64,000 bases of DNA from the human T2T-CHM13v2.0 reference genome, Homo sapiens: the NCBI RefSeq assembly GCF_009914755.1, contig NC_060930.1; one strand, 5' to 3'. The position numbers and the translations under genes were made by a program. A model generated the notes under the pieces. It made no database searches. It was not told the DNA's origin and was given only the letters and a program-made list of their open reading frames with translations. Below are positions 1-21,470 of this stretch, one piece after another (position 1 is the stretch's first letter; the number at the start of each line of letters is the position of its first letter).

Positions 1-830
<830 letters not shown>

Positions 831-2280
831 AACATTAACAAAATCTTAAAGAAATATGCGATTATATAAAGCAACCAAATCTAGGAATTACTGGCATTCC
901 TGAGAGAAAAGGAGAAAAAGTAAACAACCTGAAAAATAGATTTGAGGGAATAATTCAAGAAAATTTCCCTAATCTTGCCACATCAAAATTTGGAAAGATC
1001 TCAAATTAACAATCTAACATCATGCCTAGAGGAACTAGAGGAACAAGAACAAACTAAACCTAAAGCTAGTAGAAGAAAATAAATAACTAAAATCAGAGCA
1101 AAAGTGAATGAAATTGAGACCCAAAATTCTGCACAAAGAATCAATGACATCAAAAGTTGGTTCTTTGAAAGAGGGAACAAGATCAATAGACTGCTAGCTA
1201 GATTAACAAGGAAAAAGCAAGAAGAACCAAATACGCACAATCAAAAACAACAAAGGTGATGTTGCAACCAATTCCACAGAAACACAGAAGATTCTCAGAG
1301 ACTATTATGAACACCTCTATGCACATGAACTAGAAAATCTAGAGAAAATGGATAAATTCCTGGAAACACACAACTTCCCAAGATTGAATCAGGAAAAAGT
1401 TGCAACCCTAATAAGAACATATTAACTTCCAAAATTGAATTAGTAATAAAAACCCTACCAACCAAAAAAATCCCCCAAAAACCCAGAAAATGGATTCACA
1501 GTCAAATTCTACCAGATGTACAAAGAAAAGCTGGTCCATATTCCACTGAAATTACCCCAAAAAAAATCAAGGAGGAGGGACTCCTCCCTAACTCATTCTG
1601 TGAAGCCAGCATCACCCTTCTACCAAAACCTGGCAAAGACACAACAAAAAAAGAGAAAACTACAGGCCAATGCCACTGATAAGCACATATGCAAAAATGC
1701 TCGACAAAATACTAGCAAACCAAATCCAGCAGCACATAAAAAGTTAATACATCATGATCAAGAAGGATTTATTCTTGGAATACATAAACAGATTTAAAAA
1801 CAAAAACCATAGGATCATCTCAATAGATGCAGAAAACCTTTCAATAAAATCCAACATCCCTTCATTATAAAAAACCTCAACAAACTAGGCATAGAATGAA
1901 CATATCTAAAAATAATAAGAGCCATCTAAGACAAACTTACAGCCAACATCATATTAAACTGACAAAACCTGGAAGCATTCTCCTTAAGATCAGGAACAAG
2001 ACAATGATGCTCACTCTCCCCACTCCTATCCAACATAGTACTGCAAGTCCTAGCCAGATCAACCAGGCAATAAAAAGAAATAAAAGGCATCCAAATAGGA
2101 AAGAAGAAGTAAATAATCTCTCTGAGTAGTATTCCATGGTATATATTTATCACATTTAAAAATCCAATCATCTGTTGATGGACACTTAGATTGAGTCTAT
2201 GATTTTGCCATTGTGAATAGCACTGTGATAAACATATCAGTGCAGGTATCTTTTTCATATGATGATCTGTTTTCCCGTTT
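831..2280 (+). mobile_element. Old L1 (L1PB/L1MA-like) fragments: ORF1 piece joined to ORF2 piece at ~980, then a minus-strand 3' piece from ~2122
   Basis: Degenerate ORF1 (QENFPNLA) abuts ORF2 sequence; 2122-2280 reads as reverse-complement L1 (gagtagtattccatgg...). Confidence 0.75.
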
Positions 2281-2544
2281 TGTCTTTTCTTAACATTAGA
2301 CTGAAAATAAGTGAATGGGGGTATAATATATCACAAAACTGATTAATACGACAACCTTAACCAGCAGAGTATAATATATATTTAACAGTTATTGAAAATG
2401 TATGTGTATTAGGGACTGTTCAAAACAAAATGGATTGGTTTTTCTCTCTTTTATTCTTTTGCCTGCATCAAAAAGCATAAAAGCTTTAATTCTACTAGAC
2501 TGTCAGATAAATCTTAATGTAAACTGCTTTGAAACCAGAGATAA

Positions 2545-2960
2545 AGTGAATACATTTAACAAATTATAGTGAGTGCTTACTTGCAATCAGACTCTGGGGA
2601 TATTGCAGGAAACAAAATAGACATAAAAAATCCCTGCTTTTATAGAGTTTTTATTGTACTTGCTGAAGACAGATAATAAATAAGAATAAGTAAACTATGT
2701 ACCATGTTATAAGGTGATACATGCTGTAGAGAAGGAAGAAGGAGAAAGCCACTGTAAGATATGCAAATATTGAAGGGAAGTCTTCACTGAGAAGGTGACA
2801 AGTTAGTAAAGACTTGCAGAAGAGGAGACAGGGATAAAGAAAGGCATGGAGACACCTAGAGGAGTGTTCAGGTTCAAGAGAACAGCAAAAGCAAAGACCC
2901 TGAGGTGGGAGTGCACCTGAAGTGTACAAGAAATAGCAAGATTTGGAATGCCATTGAATG
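2545..2960 (-). mobile_element. L2 fragment
   Basis: catttaacaaattatagtgagtgcttac...gaaggtgaca...caaagaccctgaggtggga, typical reverse-complement L2 3' end. Confidence 0.7.
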
Positions 2961-3304
2961 AAACTTCTATTGAATTCACACACATTTCCTATTTGTTTGA
3001 ATTTCAAATACGACAAAAGATTATCAAACTGTTTTGTCTTTTTTAGGGAAGTTATGTTTAGGAAAAGAGGCGAATGCATAATTTTCAACTGAATAACCGA
3101 GTTTTCCATAGTTGTTTTTTCAGTTGTTCGGATACGGCTTATCTTCATGTTTAAAATTCAGCCAAAAGCATACAGTCATTGTCATTTCTATTTTCACATT
3201 ATACCAAAAGTGGTGCTTATAAGATTTCCGAATTCAGAATGTACTAGAGATGCCATCCTGTTTGCACTTGACATATCTGAATAAGATTTCTTTAAATAAG
3301 ACAG

Positions 3305-3540
3305 GAGTGTCGTGCACTGATTAAAAGTATGGGCTCTGGAGCCAGAGAGTCTGGATTTCAATCTCAGACTGTCACTTTCTGATTGGGTGGCTATAATAAG
3401 TTACTCTGTGCCTCTGTTTTCTTACCCTGAAAAATTAAGATAAATAATTGTAAGTATCTCATAGTTGTTTTGAGAATAAAAATAATTTAAAGCATTTAGA
3501 ACTGAGCTTGGTACATAACTAACAAATGTACTAGCTGTGA
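3305..3540 (+). mobile_element. MIR
   Basis: gggctctggagccaga...ctctgtgcctctgttttctta...aaagcatttagaac MIR core. Confidence 0.75.
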
Positions 3541-4365
3541 CTCGTTATTAACATTGATGGAAGAGATCAGGTGGGTATTTTGATGTGTCATAGTCAAAAT
3601 AAGAAAAAATAATGCTTCTTTAACTTTTCTATTTTTCTCCCTTGATGTCAATAGTTAAAATCATTCTTCAATTCCTGAAGATTCAAATCCATGATAACAT
3701 TTGAATACATATCAAGTATTCATTCTTACACTTAAAGAGATATTTTTAAATATTGAGAAACAATGAGTTCAAATTAAGTTACCTTCTCATAATATCTAAA
3801 TTAGAAGAAAATATCCTTTTTAATACCTAATATTTATGAGTGCTCAGCAGTATATAAAAGGCATACTTGAAAGAAAATTCTTTTGCATTTATAACATTTA
3901 AGAGAAAAACACAAAGAAGTGATAAACACAGGAGCAGGCTGGCTATTTCAAGGAAAATGAGTTGTTACAAAGCATAAAATATTCCTGAAGAATGTATATT
4001 TATATTAAAATTTTCCTTGTAGCCTCACAGTACTCTATGACTATAAATAGCCCTCATGAACTACATCAGATGATTTTGAGTTACAGTGCAAGTACCCTTT
4101 CCGTAAAAGCAGCTTAAAAAGAAAGCATCAAATTGCATTGGAAAGTAAATGTTACATATTCAATCATGATATTATTAAGCACTTACTATAGGTATTAGTC
4201 CAAGCACTTTATATGAACTGTAAAAATAATAAAACAGGTTAGTATATAACACTAAATATTTCAACAATCCTTTAAAAACTGTTTTTATGAAAATTTTCAT
4301 CGACAAATACTAAAAACGTTTTTATTATGGTAAAAATATGTAACATTAATCTTATCATCATAATC

Positions 4366-10493
<6,128 letters not shown>

Positions 10494-12720
10494 CATCATA
10501 ATCATTTTTAAATGTACAGTTCAGAAATGTTAAGTGTATTCACAGCATCGTACAATGGATCTCTAGAACTTTTTCATCTTGCAAAACTGAAACTCTATAC
10601 TCATACTAATTCTCCCTCCTCTCTTCCCCCAGCTTTTGGCAACCACTTTCTAGTTTCTGTTTCTACTTTCTGTTTGTATGATTTTGCCTACTTTAGATAT
10701 TGCATATGTGTGAAATAATATTACAATTTTCCACAGGCAAAATTTTATTTAGGTATGTTTTACTGAAACTGAAGATTCAGCCATGCCTAGAGCTTTAACC
10801 AGAACAAAAAAAAATTAACTGAATAGAATAGAAATGAATTTTGCCCAGGAAATCAACTGCATAAATGTGTGGGATGGGGAAAGGGGTGAAATGAAGTAAG
10901 CGAAAGGAGCTGTCATAATGTATCTGCTTCTGACTCAGTTGTTTCACTAGATTTGCCTTCATTCCAGGGTATCTCCTCAATTTCTCTTTTGCCCAATTCC
11001 TATTTCCAAATGACATCTCTAACATACAAATTCTCCAGAGTCACTTTTATAAAAAACACCACTGAAGCGAGCTACTACACTCATTTTAATTCTTCTTTCG
11101 CATTTAGTTGTAGCATCTATTTACTCTCTGTGTGCACTTGAGATTTATATTAGCTATATATACTTCTAGGCAGAGACTACAGTTATAGTCTAATCCAGAG
11201 TTTAAATAAGAAAACTAAGACAGGGCTGAAGTTGGTATTATCCTCAACTATTTGTAACCAGAAAACAACATAAATGTTTGCATATTAAATTATATATTAA
11301 ATATGGGACATGGATGAAGCTAAACATTTACTTTCTGTGCAAGAAATTCTTTTGCCACTGAAATACATGCACAATACTTTTCCAAAAACACTGGACAAAT
11401 ATACAACTACTCTGTGTATTATTAAGAACTGCTAATTTTACACTGTAAATCATTGGAAAAAGAAACACTATTTCATCCAGAATTCTGAATTAATTTCAAG
11501 TAATCATCCAATTCCCTTAAGGTTACAGAGTCTTCAGATACACCATCTCTGACATTCCAACTCTAAGATTTTACCTCAGCCCTCATTCAGCAACCAGTTG
11601 TTGACCACCTAATAAATATTCTATCCGAGCTTGCAGCACACACAGTCACCATACAGAGAGGAGAATGGTCTTTCCTCCTGGTGAGCCCTCGATCCCCTGC
11701 TCCCCAACAAGCAGAGCCCCCTGCTCAGGCCAGCATTGCAGCCACCCAACCCCCTGGCTGAACACTACCAGTGACAGCAGCTAAACAATTCTTGGACGTG
11801 GAGAACCCAGGGGCAACCAAAAGCCCTTCTGCCACTGCCTCTGCAGTGGTACTGCCCCTATTGTCCTCAGAATGGGTAAGGAGCAAAGACCCTAAGTGCC
11901 TTATCCACATCTCCAGCAAGCTGCAGTTACCCCAAGGAGGGGAGGCCAATCTGTCTTCCACAGTTCCCCCCGACTCCCCCTGCTCCTCAATAGGCAGTGC
12001 CGCCCCCCATCCCAGGGCAATTGCACTGATAGATTGCAGCGCCACATCTCTCTGGGTTAGAGCCCCAGAAGAAAAGGGGAAGTGAGAGACCCTCAGCCAC
12101 AACCACTGCTGCTTCCAAGTTGGAGAAGGAACATAAACACTGAGATTGCTCCAGAACCGTGGTGTGCAGCCCCGGAGTGCCACACTGCGATCTGCAGCCA
12201 GCACTCAAATAGGAGAGGAACCCACTTTCAGAGCATTAAGAGGGAGCATGGCTGCAACTGTGGGTAAATATAGAGGAGCCACATGATTAAGAGCCTACCA
12301 ACTGACCATTATGCTTAAGTGCCACCTACTGGATCACACCTCAAAACTTCAACACCAAAAAATACTTTGGTAACATACCCCCATGTGAAACCAAAGACAA
12401 GAAGACAGCTAGAAATAAAGACTCTGCACAAAGGCTCAGCCCTCTAGAGACATCTAGAAAAGAATTCTACTGCCTGTACTCAATCTACCTGGCAGTTAAA
12501 GGAACACTCAAACACAGAGATGAGAAAAAACCAGAGCAAGAACTTGAGCAACTCAAATGGCCAGAGTATCTTCTGTCTTCCAAATGACCACAGAGTTTTC
12601 CAGCAAGGATTCTTAACCAGGATGAGATGACTGAAATGACAGAAATAAAATTCAGAATATGGATAGGAATGAAGATCATTGAAAGTTGGAAGAACATTGA
12701 AATCCAACTCAATAAATCTA

Positions 12721-12853
<133 letters not shown>

Positions 12854-14059
12854 TAGCAGAAGACAAGAAATAACCAAAATCAGAGCTGAACTGAAGGAGA
12901 TAAGACATGAAAAACTATTTAAAAGTTTAACAAATCCAGGAGTGGTTCTTTGAAAAAATTAATAAGATAGGCTGCTATCTAGATTAATAAAGAAGAAAAG
13001 AGGTAAGATCCAAATAAACACAATTAGACGCAACAAAGGGGATGTTAACACTGATCCCACAGAAACACAAATAACCACCAGAGACTATTATGAACACCTT
13101 TATGTACCCAAACTAGAAAACTTTGAAGAGATGGATAAATTCCTGGACATATAAACTCTCCCAAGACTAAATCAGGAAGAAACTGAACCCCTGAACAGAC
13201 CAATAATGAGCGCCAAAATTAAATCAGTAATAAATAGCCTATCACCCCCAAAAAAGCCCAGGAACTGAAAGATTCACAGATAAATTCTATCAAATGTACA
13301 AAGAAGAGCTGGTACTATTTCTACTGGAACTATTCCAAAAATTTGAGGAGAGTCTTCTCCTCATTCTATGATGCCAGCATCATCCTGATACCAAAAGCTG
13401 GCAGAGACACAACAACAACAAAAACTTCAGATCAATATCCCTGATTAGCACTGAAGCAAAAATCCTCAAAAAAAGAAAAAAAAGACTTGCAAACTGAATC
13501 CAGCAGCACATCAAAAAGTTACTCCACTACGATCAAGTAGGCTTCATCCCTGTGATGCAAAGTTGGTTCAACATGCACACATCAATAAATGTGATTCATC
13601 ACATAAACAGAACTAAAGATAAAACACATGATTATCTCAATAGATGCAGAAAAGGCTATCGATAAAATTCAACATCCCTTTCTGTTAAAAATGCTCAATA
13701 AACTATGTATTGAAGGAACATACCTCAAAATAATAAGAGCCATCTATGACAAACCAACAGCCAACATCATGCTGAATGGGTAAAAGCTGGGAGCATTCTC
13801 CTTGAAAACTGGCACAAGACAAGGATGCCCTCTCTCACTACTCCTATTAAACACAGTATTGGAAGTCTTGTCCACAGCAATCAGGCAAGAGAAAGAAATA
13901 AAGGCATCCAAATAGGAAGAAAGGAAGTCAGACTGTCCCTGTTTGCAGATGACATGATTCTACATGTAGTAAACACCATTTTCTCAGTCCAAAAGCTCCT
14001 TCATTTGATAAACAACTTCAGCCAAGTTTCAGGATACAAAATCAATGTACAAAAATCAC

Positions 14060-14360
14060 CTGTATTAAACATCTTTAGGGTGTTCCAACTTCAAGGTTCT
14101 ATTAAAGTGCTAAAAAATTGTATTTTGTTTCAACATTCAGGACTGGTTGTATCATAAAATTCAGTGATTCAGTGATACCTGTGATCATTATGAATCAGTT
14201 GAAATTGATCATCACAACGTATTTAACTCAGAGGAATAAACTTCTCATTCAACATTTTAAATGATTTTCTTTTCCATAAGAAAATAACATTAATAAACTT
14301 CAATAAACTTTAGATTCTCCTTGCTACCCAAGGGATGTAAAAGTACCTGCACATAAAAAT
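14060..14360 (-). repeat. Inverted two-segment copy of local intronic sequence (20690-20964 and 21094-21121)
   Basis: Manual alignment: reverse complement of 14121-14331 vs 20690-20900 is 189/211 identical, ungapped; reverse complement of 14333-14360 vs 21094-21121 is 25/28. Confidence 0.95.
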
Positions 14361-14790
14361 ACACCAACAGCAGCCAAGCTGAAAGCCAAATCAGGAACTC
14401 AATCCCATTCACAATTGCCATAAAATGAATAAAAAAAAACCTAGCAATACAGCTAACCAGAGAGTTGAAAGACCTCTATACTGACAACTACAAAACACTG
14501 CGGAAGGAAATCAGAGACAACACAAACAAATAGAAAAACATTCCATGCCCATGAAGAGGAAGAATCAATATCATTAAAATGGCCGTACTGCCCAAAGCAA
14601 TTTAGAAATTAAATGTTATTCCAATCAAACTATCAATTACATTCTCCACAGAACTAGAAAAGGCTATTGTAAAGTTCATATGGAACCACGAAAAAACCTG
14701 AATAGCCAAGGCAATCCTAAGCAAAGAGACTAATGGAACAGTGTAGAGAGTCCAGAAATAAGGCTGAGCACTTACGACCATCTAATCTTC

Positions 14791-16138
14791 TTTTTTTTTA
14801 AATATTATTTAAGTTCCAGGATACATGTGAGGGATGTGCAGGTTTGTTACATAGGTAAACGTTTGCCATGGTGGTTTGCTACACCTATCAACCCATCACC
14901 TAAGTATTAAGCCCCGCATGCATTAGCTATTTACCCTGATGCTCTCCCTGCCCCGACACCCGACAGGCCCCAGTGTGTGTTCTTCCCCTCCCTGTGTCCA
15001 TGTGTTCTCATTGTTCACCTCCCACTTATGAGTTCCTGTGTAAGTTTGCTGAGGATAATGGCTTCCAGCTTCATCCATGTCCCTGCAAAGGACATGATCT
15101 CATTCCTTTTTATGGCTGCATAGTATTCCATGGTGTGTATGTACCACATTTTCTTTATCCAGTCTATCATTGATGGACATTTGGGTTGATTCACTACCTT
15201 TGCTATTGTGAATAGTGCTGCAATGAACATACGCTTGCATGTATCTTTATAATAGAATGATTTATATTGTTTTGGGTATAAACCCAGTAATGGGATTGTT
15301 GGGTCAAATGGTTTTTCTGGTTCTATATCTTTGAGGAATCATCACACTGTCTTCCACAATGATTGAACTAGTTTACATTCCCACCAATAGTGTAAAAGAG
15401 TTCCTATTTCTCCACAGCCTCACCAGCATCTGTTGTTTCTTGACTTTTTAATAATCACCATTCTGACAGGCATGAGATGGTATCTCATTGTGGTTTTGAT
15501 TTGCGTTTCTCTAACAATCAGTGATGTTGAGCTTTTTTTCATATGTTTGTTGGCCACATAAATGTCTTCTTTTGAGAAGTGTTGGTTCATGTCCTTTGCC
15601 CACTTTTTGATGGGGCTGTGTGTTTTTTTTTATTGTAAATTTGTTTAAGTTCCTTGAAGATGTTGGATATTAGACCTTTCTCAGATGGATAGATTGCAAA
15701 AATTTTCTCCCATTCTGTAGGCTGTCTGTTTACTCTGATGATAGTTTCTTTTGCTGTGCAGAAGCTTTTTAGTTTAATTAGATTCCATTTGTCAATTTTT
15801 GCTTTTGTTGCAATTGCTTTTCATGTTTCTGTCATGAAATCTTTGTCCATGCCTATGTCTTGAATGGTATTACCTAGATTTTCTTCTAGGGTTTTTATAG
15901 CTTTGTGTTTTACATTTAAGACTTTAATCCATCTTGAGTTAATTTTTGTATAATGTGTAAGGAAGGGGTCCAGTTTCAGTTTTCTGCATATGGCTAGCCA
16001 GTTTTCCCAGAACTATTTATTAAATAGGGAATCCTTTCCCCATTGCTTGGTTTTGTCAGGCTTTTTGAAGATCAGACGGTTGGAGATGTGTGGTCTTATT
16101 TCTGAGATCTCTATGCTGTTCCATTAGTCTATGTGTCT

Positions 16139-16184
<46 letters not shown>

Positions 16185-17309
16185 AGTACTATGCTGTTTT
16201 GGTTACTGTAGCCTTGTGTATAGTTTGAAGTAGGGTAGTGTGATGCCTCCAGCTTTGTTCTTTTTGCTTAGTATTTTCTTGGCTATTCGGGCTCTTTTTT
16301 GGTTTCACACGAATTTTAAAGTAGCTTTTTCTAGTTCTGTGAAGAATGTCAATGGTAGTTTAATGGAAATAGCATTGAATTTATAAATCTACAAATTACT
16401 TTGGGCAGTATGACCATTTTCACAATATTGATTCTTCCTATCCATGAGCATGGAAGGTTTTCCATTTGTTTGTGTCATCTCTTACTGCCTTGAGCAGTGG
16501 TTTGTAGTTCTTCCTGAAGAGGTCCTTCGCTTTCCTTGCTAGCTGTATTCCTAGATATTTTATTCTCTTTATAGCAGTTGCAAATGGGAGTTCATTCATG
16601 ATTTGGCATTCGTCTATTTTTGGTGTATAGGAATGCTTGTGAATTTTGCACACTGATTTTGTATCCTAAGACTTTGCTGAAGTTGTTTATCAGCTTAAGG
16701 AGCTTTTGGGCTGAGACCATGGGGTTTTCTAGGTATAGGATTACGTTGTTTGCAAGCAGAGATAATTTGACTTTCTCTCCTTCTATTTGAATACTCTTTA
16801 TTTTTTTCTCTTGCCTGATTGCCCTGGCCAGAACTTTCAATACTAAGTTGAATAAGAGTGGTGAGAGAGGGCATCCTTGACTTGTGCCAGTTTTCAAGGG
16901 TAATGCTTCCAGTTTTTGCCCATTCAGTATGATATGCACTGTGGGTCTGTCATAAATGGCTCTTATTATTTTGAGATATGTGACATCAATACCTAGTTTA
17001 TTGAGAGTTTTTAACATGAAGGGATATCAAATCTTATCGAAGGCCTGTTCTGCTTCTATTAAGATAATCACACGGTTTTTGTCTTTAGTTCTGTTTATGT
17101 GATGGATTTCATTAATTGATTTGTGTATGTTGAACCAGCCTTGCATCCCAGGGATGAAACCGACTTGAATGCGGTGGATAAGCTTTTTGACGTGCTGCTG
17201 GATTCGGTTTGCCAATATTTTATCAAGGATTTTCGCATCAATGTTCATCAGGGATACTGGCCTGAAGTTTTCTTTTTCTGTTGGTTTTCTGCCAGGTTTT
17301 GGTATCAGG
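14791..17309 (-). mobile_element. 5'-truncated L1PA10/11-like element nested antisense in the L1PA15-like host
   Basis: Poly(T), reverse-complement 3'UTR and ORF2; TSD ccatctaatcttc at 14778-14790 and 17313-17325. Confidence 0.92.
16140..16182. repeat. Pure T43 homopolymer inside L1 ORF2 sequence
   Basis: Direct count; replaces the short T run of the tctgttttggtaccag context seen in the other L1 copy at 5725-5740. Confidence 0.95.
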
Positions 17310-17858
17310 CAGCCATCTAATCTTCAATAAAGCTAACAAAAACAAGCAATGGGGAGAGGACTCCCTATTCAATAAATGGTGCTGGGATAACTGGCTAGCC
17401 ATATACAGATTGAAGCTAGACTCCTTCTTTACACCATATACAACAATCATCTTAATAAAGACTTAAATATAAAACCCAAAACCATAAAAACCCTGGAAAA
17501 TAACCTAGGAAATATCATTCTGAACATAGGATCTGGCAAAGATTTCATGACAAAGATGCCAAAAGCAATCACAACAAAAGCAAAAATTTATAAATAGGAT
17601 CTAACTAAACTAAAGAGCTTCTCCACAGCAAAAGAAACTATAAACAAAGTAAACAAAGAACCTACACAATGGGAGAAAATATTTGTAAACTATGCATCTG
17701 ACAAGGTCTAACATCCATTATCTATAGAGAACTTAAATCTACAAACAAAAAACAGCCCCATTAAAAAGTAGGCAAAGGACATCAACAAATATTTTTCTTT
17801 TATTTTCCTTTCTTTCTTTCTTTTTTTTTTTTTTTTTTTTTTTGAGATGGAGTTGTGC

Positions 17859-18412
17859 AGGATCTAGAACTAGAAATACCATTTGACCCAGCCATCCCAT
17901 TACTGGGTACATATCCAAAGGATTGCAAATCATGCTGCTATAAAGACACAAGCACACGTATGTTTATTGCGGCACTATTCACAATAGCAAAGACTTGGAA
18001 CCAACCCAAATGTCCATCAATGGTAGACTGGATTAAGAAAATATGGTACATATACACCATGGAATACTATGCAGTGATAAAAAAGATGAGTTCACGTCCT
18101 TTGTAGAGACATGGATGAAGCTGGAAACCATCATTCTCATCAAACTATCGCAAGGACAGAAAACCAAACACTGCGTGTTCTCACTCATAGGTAGGAATTG
18201 AACAATAAGAACACTTGGACACAGGAAGGGGAACATCACACACCAGGGCCTGCCATGGGATGGGGGGAGTGGGGAGGGATAGCATTAGGAGATATACCTA
18301 ATGTAAATGACGAGTCAGTGGGTGCAGCACACCAACATGGTACATGTATACACATGTAACAAACCTGCACGTTGTGCACATGTACCCTAGAACTTAAAGT
18401 ATAATAATAAAA
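17859..18412 (+). mobile_element. L1PA5-like 3' fragment with a very long TSD
   Basis: aggatctagaactagaaatacc...accctagaacttaaagtataataat; flanked by duplicated aaaaagtaggcaaagga...gagatggagttgtgc. Confidence 0.9.
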
Positions 18413-18421
18413 AAAAAGTAG

Positions 18422-18898
<477 letters not shown>

Positions 18899-21284
18899 TG
18901 AAAAAAGTTCAATATCACTGATCATTAGAGAAATGTAAGTCAAAACCATAATGAGATAACCATCTCACACCAGTCAGAATGGCTATTATTTAAACATCAA
19001 AAAACACAGATCCTGGTGTACTTTCAGAGCAAAGGAAACACTTATACACTGCTGGTGGGAGTGTAAATTAGTTCATGCTTTGTGGAAAGCAGTGTGCAGA
19101 TTCCTCATAGAGCTAAAAACATAACTACCATTCAACCCAGCAATCCCATTACTGTGTATGTACCCAAAAGAATATAAATCAATGTACCATAAAGACACAT
19201 GCACATGCACACGTTGTTCACTCCAGCACTATTCAAAATAGCAAAGATATGGAATCAACCTAAATGCCCATCAATAGAAGACTGGATAAAGAAAATGTGG
19301 TACATAAGCACCATGAAATACTATGCAGCCATAAAAAAGAATGAGATTATGTCCTTTGTAGGAACTTGGATGGAGCTGGAGGCCATTATCCTTAGCAAAC
19401 TAATGCAAGAACAGAAAACAAATTACCACATGTTCTCACTTATAAGTGAAACCTAAATAATAAGAACATGTGAACACAAAGAAGGGAACAACAGACACTG
19501 CAGCTTACTTAGAGTAGGAGGTTGGGAGGAGGGAGAAGAGCAAAAAAAAAATAACTAACGAGTACTATGCTTAGTTCCTGGGTGATGAAATAATCTGTAC
19601 AACAAACCCCCATCATACAAGGTCACCTATGTAACAAACCTGCACATGTACTCCTGAACTTAAAATTAAAGTTATTAAAAAGAAGTATCACAGTAACAAC
19701 ATATATTATAAAGGAAGAGAGAAAAGAATGAGGCCCTGACCTCTAATATCTTGATGACTTAATGCTAAGTCAAATAAATACATATAATTACAATACAGTG
19801 TGATACATGCTATTTTGGTGTATCCATGCTAGGATACTATACAGAAAACTTCTCTAATCCAGTCTAGATATTTAACCTGAGTTATGAAAGATAAGCATGA
19901 ATTAAATAAGCAAAAGCACTGGGGGAAGAAGGAGCAGTTTATACAGAGAAGAAGTGTGACAGAACAATGACATGTGCAGCCAACTAAAACTATTTATTTA
20001 TACAATGGTGTAAAGGATACACGGAGGGGTGGAGGATGGCAGACAGGAAGGTGAAGTGCATGGGCCAGATCACAAAGGGATTTATATGTAGGTGAAAACA
20101 GTCAATAGCAGGGTAAAGGTAAGTTCCTGAATACTTATTAATATGATCCTAAAGAAAATCAGAAGTTACCGAGATGGTGTAAAGATATAAAATGGTGAAG
20201 TTGGGTTATGATTATAGAAACTGGGTTATGGTTATAGAAATGGATCAAGGACATGATAGAGGAATTGTCTGGATAGATTTAATAATGAATCTGATCTTGA
20301 GATAAATGCACAGGACAATAATGGGGTCACAGAAGAGACCCAAGAATAATAAATTATTTCCATATCTGCTTTAGGATACAATCAGATGATACTGATACAG
20401 ATGTTTCAAAAAAAGAGAGAGTTGAGAACTGGTCTAGTTAACTGGCATAAATGGCTTATGTAAACCCACATCTTATTCTTTGCGAAGTTAATTTGCTAGT
20501 TGCTTGTATCTATGTACCTTTTTTATTGTGAAAGTAATTTTTACTACAAACTTACTTTGAAGCTAACTGTACAATTAATATGTAGCATAGGGAATAGAAT
20601 GCAAAGCAAATAAAAACTTCTTGTGAACATTTTTTCTCTTGAATTATTTAACTTGCCAATTGTCTCTTGAGCTCTTTATGAAATAAACTTTGGGTAGCAA
20701 GGGAAAGCTAAAGCTTACTGAAGTTTATTAAAGTTGTTTTGTTATGCAAAACAAAATAATTTACAATGTTGAATGAGAAGTTTATTCCTCTGGGTCAAAT
20801 ATATTGTGATGATCAATTTCAACTGACTCATAATGATCACAAGCATGGCTGAATCACTGAATTTTATGAAACAACCAGTCCTGAATGTTGAAACAAAATA
20901 CGATTTTTTTTTTACCACTTTCATAGAATCCTAAAGTTGGAACACTTTAGAAACATTTAATTCTAATCCATCATCTCACATAAAAGTAGAAATCTTTATA
21001 TCTTTAAGCACATCTGTCCATGTTCTCAGAGTGATGGAGAGTTCACAAATAATATTAACAACAGAAACAATAAGGAATAACAACCTCTGAGTAATTTTTA
21101 TGTGCAAGTACTTTTATATACATTATTTTCTTTGGGGACAATTCCAACTATTAAATGCTCTATTTAATATTAAGCCAAATTTGCCAGCCTACATCTTTTA
21201 ACTAAATTATGGTCCTAGTAATCCTTCCTGAAAAATAAAAATTATAGTTACTATTTATAGCACTTGATAAAAGTAATTTGTTTT

Positions 21285-21470
21285 ATATGTTTTCTCTCAA
21301 TCATCATAACAACTGTCTGAAGGTACTACTGAAGGTACTATTAGCATTTTACCCCAATTTACAGGCAAGAAAATTAAGCCTTGAGGAAGGTAAGTAATTT
21401 TTCCAAGGTTACAAATGTAGTAGTTGGTGGAGCTGAGGATTGACTCCAAAGTGCAAGTTTTACTTATCAC
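21285..21470 (-). mobile_element. MIR
   Basis: cccaatttacaggcaagaaaattaagcc...aggtaagtaatttttccaaggttaca...agttggtggagctgaggattga. Confidence 0.7.

Noticed and set aside
980-2280. Twin-primed inversion in the old L1
   Set aside because: The minus-strand piece has no poly(T) end or TSD and the geometry does not fit twin priming; treated as adjacent fragments.
2651-3148. 165-aa ORF and other short non-L1 ORFs in the track
   Set aside because: They overlap L2, Alu, LTR or AT-rich DNA, show no recognisable domain and do not match malic enzyme.
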